DNA from: an uncultured delta proteobacterium
Lineage (GTDB): Bacteria; Myxococcota; B64-G9
Length of the DNA: 64,000 nt
NCBI GenBank assembly: GCA_963754925.1
Contig: CAVWHX010000004.1
Coordinates: 320,001 to 384,000, forward strand
Direction: 5' to 3'
Made by a program: the position numbers and the translations under genes. Below the pieces are notes generated by a model. That model was given only the letters and a program-made list of their open reading frames with translations, ran no database searches and was not told the origin of the DNA. Shown here piece by piece: positions 24,577 to 33,404 of the stretch (its first letter is position 1; each line of letters begins with the position of its first letter).

Positions 24577-24592
24577 AAGCTACCTCGAGGGC

Positions 24593-24636
24593 AGGAGACT
24601 GTCGCCAAGCAAAGCGAGGCATACAGTCTCTTGTCC
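24593..24636 (-). repeat. REP/MITE-like hairpin repeat, copy B
   Basis: Plus strand GGAGACTGTCGCCAAGCAAAGCGAGGCATACAGTCTCTTGTCC; GAGACTGT/ACAGTCTC stem. Confidence 0.75.
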
Positions 24637-24642
24637 TGTGGG

Positions 24643-25506
24643 CTAGAAGTTCTCATCCTCGGCAGCGCCCCAATCATCGCCGCTTGACGCCTTCTTTTTT
24701 TGGTCGTCAGATCCTTTGGCCGGCAGACTACTCTCAGGAGCACTAACCGTTTCTTTCTTGCTTTCTCCCGGCTGGACCTGCTTCTTGGCCGCGGGAACCA
24801 CACTCGGCGTCTTCTCTTTACTCTTGTCGCTTACTGGTTCCAAATTGATTTGTTGCTGCTCGGTCACCGGTGGTTTGGCCTCGTTGGCGCTTTTAGCAGC
24901 CTCTTTGGCTTCCATCTCCTTGCGTTTTCTCTTCAGATCACCGGTGGATTCCCAGGGAATCGACTCATTGGCCTGTTTAGCCTTATCGGGAAAGAGGTTT
25001 TTCTCTTTATTGGGGCTCTTTTTCTTGAGCACTTCCAGCGCAAATAGGTTACGTATAAATTCATCGGTTTCTCTTTCGACTTCCGCTCGGTTGTTTTCTT
25101 GAATTATCAGAAAATACTCACGGAAGTTGGCTTGATTGCTTTTGATGGTCTCGATATCTTGATCGCTGAGGGCGTCCTCGCGCGCCCCATCCTCACCCTT
25201 GAAATCGCCCCCTTCGTGGGAACGGTAGATGTAACCGATCTGCATGTCGCGGTCGAACCCATCGACCTGAAATTCAATTCCCGCTCGTTGCAACCGCATG
25301 TTGGATACAAACTTGATTCCATAGGGCGCGAACTTAGTTGCTATCAACCGCTCGGCCTCGGCCTCGGACAACACGTTCGGCCGCGCCCGATTGGAACCGG
25401 TCTGCGAATGAATATAGCACCCCGCAACCCCTGCCCCGCCTCCCATTATTCCGACGCATACGATTAGGCTCACCAGACCGCGTTGCATACAGAACCTCCT
25501 TGGCAT
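24643..25506 (-). CDS. Hypothetical lipoprotein with charged low-complexity C-terminus
   Basis: Hydrophobic leader ending VAGC; K/E/P-rich tail. Confidence 0.65.
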   Translation of the reverse strand: MPRRFCMQRGLVSLIVCVGIMGGGAGVAGCYIHSQTGSNRARPNVLSEAEAERLIATKFAPYGIKFVSNMRLQRAGIEFQVDGFDRDMQIGYIYRSHEGGDFKGEDGAREDALSDQDIETIKSNQANFREYFLIIQENNRAEVERETDEFIRNLFALEVLKKKSPNKEKNLFPDKAKQANESIPWESTGDLKRKRKEMEAKEAAKSANEAKPPVTEQQQINLEPVSDKSKEKTPSVVPAAKKQVQPGESKKETVSAPESSLPAKGSDDQKKKASSGDDWGAAEDENF

Positions 25507-25673
25507 CTAAATCACACCGATTGTTCCTTCCGTTATGCGGCCGCCGGCTGCTCTCGATCAACATTTTCTCATAATCTAATTATAGTAGCTAGTTATCGCC
25601 TTGGAAGTTAAAATTTAGTTAATAATGCGCGCTGGGTGACGCAGCCAAGCCGCACGGCTGAGCAGGGGGCCCT

Positions 25674-25718
25674 TAGAGACTGTTACCTCACGAAAGTGAG
25701 GGTTACAGTCTCTTATCC
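25674..25718 (-). repeat. REP/MITE-like hairpin repeat, copy C
   Basis: Plus strand TAGAGACTGTTACCTCACGAAAGTGAGGGTTACAGTCTCTTATCC. Confidence 0.8.
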
Positions 25719-25760
25719 TTTAGGGCCCGCCAAACGGGGCCGCATCTCGCTTCGCTCGAT

Positions 25761-25804
25761 GGATAAGAGTCCGTAAGCCTTTCTTCGCTTGGCAACAAGC
25801 TCTA
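25761..25804 (+). repeat. REP/MITE-like hairpin repeat, copy D (degenerate, inverted relative to C)
   Basis: GGATAAGAGTCCGTAAGCCTTTCTTCGCTTGGCAACAAGCTCTA. Confidence 0.65.
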
Positions 25805-25829
25805 TGATGCGGGTGGATCATAGATTCTT

Positions 25830-25875
25830 CCCTCACCCGGCGCTCTGCGCCACCCTCTCCCGAAATGGGAGAGGG
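25830..25875 (+). repeat. BoxC-like palindromic repeat
   Basis: CCCTCACCC-GGCGC..GCGCC-ACCCTCTCCC-GAAAT-GGGAGAGGG resembles the widespread CCCTCACCC..CCCTCTCCC..GGGAGAGGG element. Confidence 0.6.
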
Positions 25876-25954
25876 TAAAAAAGAATACTCTTTCGTTGGC
25901 GCCTTCCGATCGAGTATGGTAAAGCGTAACAAATTGAAAGCGCAGGAGGATGTC

Positions 25955-27262
25955 ATGATCCCCCGTTACACCCGACCCGAGATGGGCCACATCTGGACCG
26001 ATGAAAACAGGCTGCAGATTTGGATGGAAGTTGAGCTTCTGGCCTGTGAGGCAATGGCGGCAGAGGGATTGGTTCCGCCCGAGGTTCCCCGTTTGCTGCG
26101 GTCGCGGAGTTGGAAAATCACGGCCAACGACGTGGCCGCGGTAGCCCGCATCGAGGAGGAAACCCGTCACGACGTGATCGCCTTCCTTACGCACCTCGAG
26201 CGCACGATGGGATCCGAGGCGCGCTATCTACACCTCGGCATGACCAGCTCGGACGTGCTCGACACCGCTTTCGGAGTGCAGCTCGACCAGGCCTGCATGT
26301 TGCTCCAACAAGACCTCGAGGGGTTGCGCTCGGTGGTCCGCGAGATGGCTATGGCGCAGCGCCACACCGTTATGGTCGGGCGCACCCACGGCATTCATGC
26401 CGAGCCGATTACCTTCGGGCTGGTGCTGGCGCTGTGGCATCAGGAATTGGGCCGGCAGGCCGAACGGCTTGCGGCCGCGCGGCGCACGGTGGCGGTCGGC
26501 AAATGTTCCGGCGCGGTGGGGACCTTCGCCCACCTTCCACCCGCCGTCGAGAAGTACGTGTGCGAGAAGTTGGGGCTTACCCCCGAGCCGATATCGAACC
26601 AGGTCGTCCAGCGCGATCGCCACGCCGAGCTTTTTTGCACGCTCGCCAACCTGGGGGCGACCATTGAAAAGATAGCGGTCAATCTCCGCCATCTCCAGCG
26701 CACCGAGGTAGGCGAGGTGGCCGAGCCGTTCGGCCAGGGTCAGCGCGGCTCGTCGGCAATGCCGCACAAGAAAAATCCGATCGGCCTCGAGAACCTCACC
26801 GGGTTGTCGAGGCTGCTGCGTTCGTACGCCCAGGCGGCGCTGGAGAACGTCGCGCTCTGGCACGAGCGCGACATCTCGCACTCTTCGGTGGAGCGGGTGA
26901 TCGCCCCGGACGCGACCATTCTCGCCAACTACGCTCTGACGCGATTGACCCGTATCTGCCGCGGGCTCACGGTCGATCCGGCGCGCATGCAAAAGAACCT
27001 CGATCTCACCGGCGGTCTGGTTTTTAGCCAGACCGTGCTGCTGAAGCTGGTTCAGGCCGGGTCGACCCGGGAGCGCGCCTACGAGTTGGTGCAAAAGCAC
27101 GCGCTCGCGGCCAGCACCGGAGGCCGGCCGCTCAAGGAGGCCTTGCTCGCGGATCCGGAGATCGTCCAACGTATCGGTAGGGCGGAGATTGAAGCGGCCT
27201 TTGATCTGGCGCCGTTGCTCGCGCGCACCGATGAGATCTTCGCCCGAGTGTTTGGTTCATAG
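25955..27262 (+). CDS. purB: Adenylosuccinate lyase
   Basis: RBS AGGAGG; MIPRYTRPEM, TRHDVIAF, HLGMTSSD, GRTHGIHAEP, GSSAMPHKKNP. Confidence 0.96.
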   Translation: MIPRYTRPEMGHIWTDENRLQIWMEVELLACEAMAAEGLVPPEVPRLLRSRSWKITANDVAAVARIEEETRHDVIAFLTHLERTMGSEARYLHLGMTSSDVLDTAFGVQLDQACMLLQQDLEGLRSVVREMAMAQRHTVMVGRTHGIHAEPITFGLVLALWHQELGRQAERLAAARRTVAVGKCSGAVGTFAHLPPAVEKYVCEKLGLTPEPISNQVVQRDRHAELFCTLANLGATIEKIAVNLRHLQRTEVGEVAEPFGQGQRGSSAMPHKKNPIGLENLTGLSRLLRSYAQAALENVALWHERDISHSSVERVIAPDATILANYALTRLTRICRGLTVDPARMQKNLDLTGGLVFSQTVLLKLVQAGSTRERAYELVQKHALAASTGGRPLKEALLADPEIVQRIGRAEIEAAFDLAPLLARTDEIFARVFGS

Positions 27263-27292
27263 ATTTTTGGTGCCAACTTTTGGAAGAATAAA

Positions 27293-28124
27293 ATGTCGCC
27301 AACGGGCATCAGCAGAACGGCTTTCGGAGCGGCGTATATGCGAGCCGCGCATTTATTACTCGATAAGGCGCCGCACATCTTAGAGGATGACGTTGCATTA
27401 AAACTAATTGGATCACATGGAACCGAATTAATCAAACAACAACATGAAGAATTCAACAAGGGGCACTATCTTCATTTGAGATCGCATGTTCTCTTACGCG
27501 CACGATATGCGGAAGATCGTTTGATGAAGTCATTGGAAAGGGGTATCAAACAATATATTGTCTTGGGTGCCGGGCTGGATACGTTCTGTTATAGGCAACC
27601 TGCATGGGCAAATGTTTTGAGAATTTTTTAAAGTTGACATGTTGGAAACCCAAAAAACAAAAATAAAACTGTTGGAACAAAATAATATTCGGCCTCCGGA
27701 TAACGTGGTCTATATAACAATCGATTTTGAAAAAGATTCGCTCAAAGAGGTTTTGATTAATTGTGGAGTCAATTTTGACACACCGACGTTCATCTCATGG
27801 TTGGGCGTGACCATGTATTTGGATACCGAATCAATAGATGCCGTATTAAAGGTCGTCAAGACCTTCCCAAGGAAGAGCGAGATTGTTTTTTCGTATGCGG
27901 AAAAAAGAGACAAAAAATCGATTTTTGAAATGAAATCCAATGAACTTGGGGAAACCTGGAAAAGCCTTTTTTCCCAGCGTGAAATCGAAGAGCTGCTATC
28001 GTCGAACAATTTTTCTGAGATATTCCCGCTGGATCGTCGTGAATATAATAGGTTGTATTTCAATCAGAGAATTGATGGCTTACCAGAGCCTAACTATAAT
28101 CGCATTTTTTCTGCGCTCGTGTGA
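27293..28124 (+). CDS. Class I SAM-dependent methyltransferase (LCM/Rv0281-like), frameshifted in a T-run at ~27624-27629
   Basis: TAFGAAYMRA, QYIVLGAGLDT, ITIDF, ISWLGVTMYL. Confidence 0.82.
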
Positions 28125-28159
28125 ATGGCTTAACAACAAGCTCGAGGATCGAGGCACCC

Positions 28160-28768
28160 ATGAAAATATCGGTCGTCCTTGCGCATCCCGATCAAAAGAG
28201 CTTCAACTATGCTATTGCGGCCGCGGCTATCGAGCGACTCGAAAAAAACGGTCACGAGGTCTCTTTCCATGACTTGTACCGCGAGGAATTTAGTCCCCTG
28301 CTCGTGGCGGAAGAACTCCCTCAGGATGCCGCTTTGCCGGTGTCAATAAGATCTCATTGCGAAGAAATCGGGCAAGCGCAGGGCATTGTCGTCGTTCATC
28401 CAAACTGGTGGGGTCAACCCCCCGCGATTCTGAAGGGGTGGATCGACAGGGTGCTTAGGCCGGGAATTGCCTACGAGTTTATGGAAGGAGATTCGGGAGA
28501 AGGCATACCGAAAGGTCTTCTCAAGGCCACAGCGGCGGTAGTTTTCAATACCTCCAATACCGAGCCTGCACGAGAGGAAAGTGTTTTCGGAGATCCCCTT
28601 GAAACAATTTGGCGGAATTGCGTTTTCGGATTATGCGGTGTGAACAATTTTTACCGCCGGACGTTCAGCGTCGTCGTCACCAGTACGGAAGGCCAAAGGA
28701 AAAAATGGCTCGATGAGGTACGGGTGACCATTGACAAGTTCTTTCCGAAAAATACCAAAAGGAATTAA
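28160..28768 (+). CDS. NAD(P)H:quinone oxidoreductase, flavodoxin-like (Flavodoxin_2)
   Basis: AHPDQKSFN, DLY, PNWWGQPPAILKGWIDRV. Confidence 0.9.
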   Translation: MKISVVLAHPDQKSFNYAIAAAAIERLEKNGHEVSFHDLYREEFSPLLVAEELPQDAALPVSIRSHCEEIGQAQGIVVVHPNWWGQPPAILKGWIDRVLRPGIAYEFMEGDSGEGIPKGLLKATAAVVFNTSNTEPAREESVFGDPLETIWRNCVFGLCGVNNFYRRTFSVVVTSTEGQRKKWLDEVRVTIDKFFPKNTKRN

Positions 28769-28789
28769 TGAGAGCAATGCAATAACGAG

Positions 28790-28818
28790 TTGACAGAAAC
28801 AAAAGTCTTCCTTACTAT
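28790..28818 (+). promoter_or_regulatory. Sigma-70-like promoter of the TA operon
   Basis: TTGACA-N17-TACTAT, 29 nt upstream of ATG 28848. Confidence 0.65.
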
Positions 28819-28847
28819 ATAAGAGTGAATGCAATAGGCACACAAGC

Positions 28848-29126
28848 ATGAAATACTTCGACTGGAATGATGAGAAAAATGAAATGCTCAAGAAAACACG
28901 CGGTGTGTCATTTGAGCAAGTTGAATTGGCAATTGCCTCAGGAGATTTGGTCGACCGGATTAAACATCACAATCCGGCAAAATATCCGAGCCAAAAAGTG
29001 TTTTTGGTAAGGATCGAAGATTATATTTACTCAGTACCGTACGTTGAGGATAACGAAAGAATTTTTTTAAAAACAATAATACCGAACAGCAAGGCAACAA
29101 AAAGGTATTTTAGAGGTGACAAATGA
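28848..29126 (+). CDS. BrnT-like type II toxin
   Basis: FDWNDEKNEMLKKTRGVSFE N-terminus; FLKTIIP; 92 aa. Confidence 0.82.
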   Translation: MKYFDWNDEKNEMLKKTRGVSFEQVELAIASGDLVDRIKHHNPAKYPSQKVFLVRIEDYIYSVPYVEDNERIFLKTIIPNSKATKRYFRGDK

Positions 29127-29419
29127 AGAGGGCAGCGTATTTAGACAAAGAAGAAGCGAAATTAGCAGAATCAATTGCAAAGGAAGAATGGGTCTCTGAC
29201 CTATCCAAAAAAGAAAAGAAGCAATACGAGGAATATGCCCGCTATAGCCTGAATAAACAGAAACGAATCAATATTCGTATGACTGAAAGAGACTTGAAGA
29301 AAATTCGAGCGAAAGCAATTGAGGAGGGAATACCGTATCAATCCCTTATCTCGATGTTAATTCATAAATACAATGAGGGGAAAGTATCGATTAATAATTA
29401 CACAGAAACTATAGAATAA
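29123..29419 (+). CDS. Cognate RHH/CopG-like antitoxin (BrnA-like)
   Basis: ATGA overlap with the toxin; RINIRM...KAIEEGIPYQSLISMLIH. Confidence 0.82.
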   Translation: MKRAAYLDKEEAKLAESIAKEEWVSDLSKKEKKQYEEYARYSLNKQKRINIRMTERDLKKIRAKAIEEGIPYQSLISMLIHKYNEGKVSINNYTETIE

Positions 29420-29459
29420 CTTGTTATGAGTTATAGGCAAGCGTTGCCGTACGTGTCAC

Positions 29460-30635
29460 ATGCGAAAGCTCATTCGAACACTACATGCGCATCAGGTTCC
29501 AAAGGAGTTCTCCCGCAAAGATTGGGATGCTGCAACACGTGCTATGTTTGAGCCCTACTTTCGCCGCAAGCAACAACTAAACAAGAACATCGGCTTGTTT
29601 CACATTGAACTCAGAAACCTTGCTCGTATCGCGCTATTCCCTGAATATCTAGACCTTTTATCGTGGTGCCTACGACTGCATCGTCGCGTTCTCAAGCTGG
29701 ATCGGCATAACGCTTACGAGAATATGATCAAACTATTCGACAACATGCTCGTATCGGACGAGCGCTGGCTAAACATGTTTGAGACTTCAACTCCTCTTGA
29801 GGCCGGAGCGGCAACTCACGATCGCGTCTACCAACTCTTTTCAACTATCGATGGTGTTGCCGAAGGCTGCTTCAAGCCGCAACTTCAAATCATCTTTGCC
29901 TTCGCCAAACGGGATATAGGCGGGGGCTGGCCGAACAATGTCGCTCAACTTGACTTCGGAGCACTCGTCAAAGAGTTTCCGAACGTCCTAAAGTGTCAGG
30001 TGCCATTACTCTTGGCTGACCCTGACTTGGCTATTCCCATTAATCAGTGGCGCAACATAGCTGCGCATAAGACATTTGCCATGGTCGGCCCCCAGACCAT
30101 CGAGATCACCTACGGGAGGGGCAACGTTCACTCCCAGCATCTTGGCCAACATCGGCTGCAACGGATCTGGTACTGGCTTCTTCGAACTCACGCAGCCGTT
30201 AGGCTTGCAAACACTATCATCTTTATCGAGCATATGCCTGAGCTGTATGTGATCGGACTTCCTTCGGTGAAACAGCGTCTGTCTTCAACGATCATACATA
30301 TTAGCCACGACCTATCCACCGTGGGATTTGAGACTGTTGGGTGGAAGACCGTGAAGCGAGATGGTATTCTTTCTGTTAGGGATTGCTTAGGACGTTCCCC
30401 ACAGGAAGCCCTTATTCATGCATCACAGATGCTTGATCAGCTTAGTATTGGAATACTAAACGACCCAACAACACGGAATAGGCTGTATCGAGCAAGAATC
30501 GCCTTAATTCTGCCAGATGGGAGCCTTTTTGGCAGTGCATGCGTGCCGGTTCCAGCGGCAGATGCGTTCACTCGGGGTAAGATTACCCTTTCTGAATATT
30601 TAGATAACGTCCAATGGTCGCTGGAACGCCGCTAA
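29460..30635 (+). CDS. Uncharacterised protein with a putative HEPN RNase motif
   Basis: 391 aa, mostly helical; AEGCFKP...FGALV...WRNIAAH (RxxxxH at nt 30051-30068). Confidence 0.6.
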   Translation: MRKLIRTLHAHQVPKEFSRKDWDAATRAMFEPYFRRKQQLNKNIGLFHIELRNLARIALFPEYLDLLSWCLRLHRRVLKLDRHNAYENMIKLFDNMLVSDERWLNMFETSTPLEAGAATHDRVYQLFSTIDGVAEGCFKPQLQIIFAFAKRDIGGGWPNNVAQLDFGALVKEFPNVLKCQVPLLLADPDLAIPINQWRNIAAHKTFAMVGPQTIEITYGRGNVHSQHLGQHRLQRIWYWLLRTHAAVRLANTIIFIEHMPELYVIGLPSVKQRLSSTIIHISHDLSTVGFETVGWKTVKRDGILSVRDCLGRSPQEALIHASQMLDQLSIGILNDPTTRNRLYRARIALILPDGSLFGSACVPVPAADAFTRGKITLSEYLDNVQWSLERR

Positions 30636-30989
30636 AATGACGCTTAGCTTTTCCATCGAGGTGAGTACCCCAAAGAGACGCGAAAGAAATGAGATACGAA
30701 GCGAACTTCAACTCAAATATCTTTTCAGGATTTCCTTCGAATTCGTTAGCTGACCACCATAATTTTCCATCCACTTGGGAGCATTGTTGGGAGTAAATGA
30801 TAACCAAGCTGTATCCTTACCTGTAGCTCCTCTATGTTGTGGCACAATACCGTCTTGAAGATTCCACCGATATAAAACTTCCTTCTTGGGAAGAAGCCAA
30901 CAATGGGCATCCAGAGGACTCAGACCAAAACAGAGAATAAAGTCATAATTCTGGTCGCGCAGTTGCTGGAATGTTGTAGTGCCCCCCAT

Positions 30990-31772
30990 TTAGCAAGCCT
31001 TTTGTAAGAGAGTCTCGTGGCCAATGTGGTCCTGCTCGAATCGTACCGGTGATTGGTATCCAAGCGTTGAATGTAAATAGCTGTTGTTGTATTCATCAAG
31101 CCAGGAATTCAAGGCTTCAAAGAAAACGCTTGGACTCTTCCACTCACGAAGCCATACCAGTTCCTCCTTCAGCGTCCGCATGAACCGTTCCGTATCGGCG
31201 TTGCCTTTGGGGTTGTTATAACTCGTAAATGATTGTCTGATTCCCATGACAGCACATGCTTCCATAAACCCCACCGAGGTGGGTTGACAGCCATTGTCAG
31301 ACATCAAATGCAGTTCATGTCCCCGAACTCCATCAGGAAATTGCCGATTCACGCCCTGGTTCAATGCCGCCAGCCAATGCCAGGCCTTCGACTGAACTCC
31401 CGCATAATGCCCCGTGACCTTCTTGGAATACCAGTCGAGGACAATAACCACATAGACCCAACCAAATCCATCGATCATGACCTTGGTCATATCGATGCCC
31501 CACCATTGGTTGCACCGAACAGGGCGCGGTTTGCTGGTATGTGCTCGTCGCGTTGCTTTCAGTTTCAGATTGGGCATTACCAGAAGTTTGTGCTCTTTCA
31601 TCAACCGATGAACACGCTTCTGGTTAATCTCGAATCCATCGATGTATTTCAAATGGGCCCAGACCCGACGATACCCCCAAAAAGGATGGTCGGCCTTTAT
31701 CGTACGAATCCGGCGAACCACGGGAGCGTTACGCCGGTTCACCTTTTGGTAGGGTCCGCGGCTCATTCCCAC
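30990..31772 (-). CDS. IS3 transposase OrfB (DDE integrase core)
   Basis: WGYRRV, WGIDMT, MSDNG, NADTERFMRTLKEE, HSTLGYQSP. Confidence 0.92.
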   Translation of the reverse strand: MGMSRGPYQKVNRRNAPVVRRIRTIKADHPFWGYRRVWAHLKYIDGFEINQKRVHRLMKEHKLLVMPNLKLKATRRAHTSKPRPVRCNQWWGIDMTKVMIDGFGWVYVVIVLDWYSKKVTGHYAGVQSKAWHWLAALNQGVNRQFPDGVRGHELHLMSDNGCQPTSVGFMEACAVMGIRQSFTSYNNPKGNADTERFMRTLKEELVWLREWKSPSVFFEALNSWLDEYNNSYLHSTLGYQSPVRFEQDHIGHETLLQKAC

Positions 31773-32035
31773 TCCTCGCTTTTTTTTAGCTCCATGGTCA
31801 GCTCACCCACCATGGCTTTCAGGCGGGCATTTTCGTTTTTCAACCGTGCGGTCTTTTCGTCTGTTTTCTCTGTCTCAAACGCGCGGGCGGCGTTGTGTAA
31901 AAATTGATCCCGCCATTGATAGTACTGAGACTGAGAAATGCCGTGCTCGCTGCACAATTCGGCGATTTGTCGTCCTCGAAGGCCTTCGAGGACGACAAGG
32001 GCTTTCTTTTCCGAGGTCCAATTCTTTCGTTTCAT
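31763..32035 (-). CDS. IS3 transposase OrfA (HTH); A8G -1 slippery site joins it to OrfB
   Basis: RKNWTSEKK...IAELCSEHGISQSQYYQW; T8 run at 31780-31787; the -1 frame enters OrfB. Confidence 0.9.
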   Translation of the reverse strand: MKRKNWTSEKKALVVLEGLRGRQIAELCSEHGISQSQYYQWRDQFLHNAARAFETEKTDEKTARLKNENARLKAMVGELTMELKKSEEWE

Positions 32036-32291
32036 TGGCTGCTCTCCTTGGTCCATGCAGCCACAAATACTCTCTTAGCTCAACCCAATTTCAAATGGGG
32101 GGCAGGATAATGTATAGACTCCACTATCCCATAAAGTACTAAATTTAATCTCCACACGCTCGTTGTTCACGAGCAAATTGGCATCACTATCACCAGTCTT
32201 TTTGATAGTAAAACCAATTTCCTTGAGCCAGAATGATAGGAACTTTTCTGCTACTGAACCTTTTTTTCGTGGCGAGAGACTGCGGATCCAT

Positions 32292-33343
32292 TCAAACGGA
32301 CTTCCTACCCATATTTCTGATTTGTTCGGATACTCGCTTCTCATCTTCGAGGAGAGTTGAAATAATTTCAGGAGATCTGGATCTGTAATCTTTATCATTT
32401 CCCACCCCCCTTAAAATCAACTCCCCTTGAGTACTTTCTATTGCTCGTTCTACACGTACAGTTTTATTTCGTCCCCGTCTCGATTTTTCCCCAAACAATT
32501 CGAGAGAACAGAATCGTTTTCTCATGACTTCGATAGCTTCGGGGTTATTGTCGATTAAGGTGCACTGCCGCCCTAGATCAAAAGCTGCTTCTCCGAAGGT
32601 TCCGCTACCGGCAAAAAAGTCGAGGAGTTTATCACCTGGATTAGAGTGGACCCGAACGATGCGTCGTATGATCCCCAGTGGTTTTTGAGTTGGATAACCT
32701 GTTTTCTCTTTCCCATTGGTCGGCACGATCGTATGCCACCAGCAATCGGTGGGCGTTTTCCCTCTTTTGGCTTTCTCCTCAGTGACCAGGCCCGGCGCCA
32801 GATAGGGAATTCTATCCATATCTTTGTAATTGAACGTATATTTCTTAGGATCCTTCACGTACCAAAGAATATTGTCATGCTTGGTCGGCCACTTTTTCCG
32901 GGAACGGGCGCCGTAGTCGTACGACCAAATAATTTCATTCATGAAGCACGCGCGTCCGAAAATCCCATCCAGCATGACCTTGGCGTAATGCACCTCCCGG
33001 TAATCGAGGTGTAAAAAGAGGCTGCCGGTCGGTTTTAAAATTCGATAAGCTTCAACCATCCGAGGTTTCAAAAAACCTATGTAGTCTGAAAATTGATCGG
33101 CATAGACTTTCTTTCCAATTTTAATCGTTTTGTAGGTATGTCCTTGGTAACCAACCCGGTCGCCTTCTTTCGAGCGTACTGTCTTAATCTGTGTTCTTGT
33201 TTGCTTCTTCTGGGTATTAAAGGAAGGTCGACGTAAATGAGATCAAAGTAATCGCTCTGCAAGGTCTTCAAAATAGGAAGATTGTCGCCTAATAAAATTT
33301 CAGGCATATAGCCGTTACCACACGTCTCCATTCTCTTGTTCAT
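32292..33343 (-). CDS. Beta-class N4/N6 DNA methyltransferase, frameshifted within motif IV (~33215-33230)
   Basis: GDNL..FDLIYVD, NEIIW, GYPTQKP, LLDFFAGSGT. Confidence 0.88.
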
Positions 33344-33404
33344 ACGCACTCCGCGGAATTTCAATCAACAGAGAATAAATTTATAAAAGAAAAAAGTAAA
33401 GTAG

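Larger units (their letters stand above)
30975..32109 (-). mobile_element. IS3-family insertion sequence, 1135 bp, 4-bp target duplication
   Basis: Inverted ends TGTAGTGCCCCCCATTT and TATCCTGCCCCCCATTT; ATGT at 30971-74 and 32110-13; orfA plus orfB. Confidence 0.93.
30708..32398 (-). pseudogene. Putative type II restriction endonuclease (PD-(D/E)xK), interrupted by an IS3-family element
   Basis: Removing 30975-32109 plus one ATGT restores a 183-aa ORF (...DANLLVNNERVEIKFSTLWDSGVYTFQQLRDQNYD...); directly downstream of a DNA MTase. Confidence 0.75.

Noticed and set aside
25620..25950. Purine or ZTP riboswitch upstream of purB
   Set aside because: No recognisable consensus; most of the structure is explained by repeat elements.
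25865..25954. N-terminal extension of PurB from the ORF track
   Set aside because: The upstream ATG lies inside the BoxC-like hairpin; the true start at 25955 has AGGAGG and the conserved MIPRY.
26228..27169. Long antisense ORFs (313 aa here; others at 2547-3428 and 52567-53259)
   Set aside because: Shadow ORFs opposite well-supported genes in GC-rich DNA, with no motifs.
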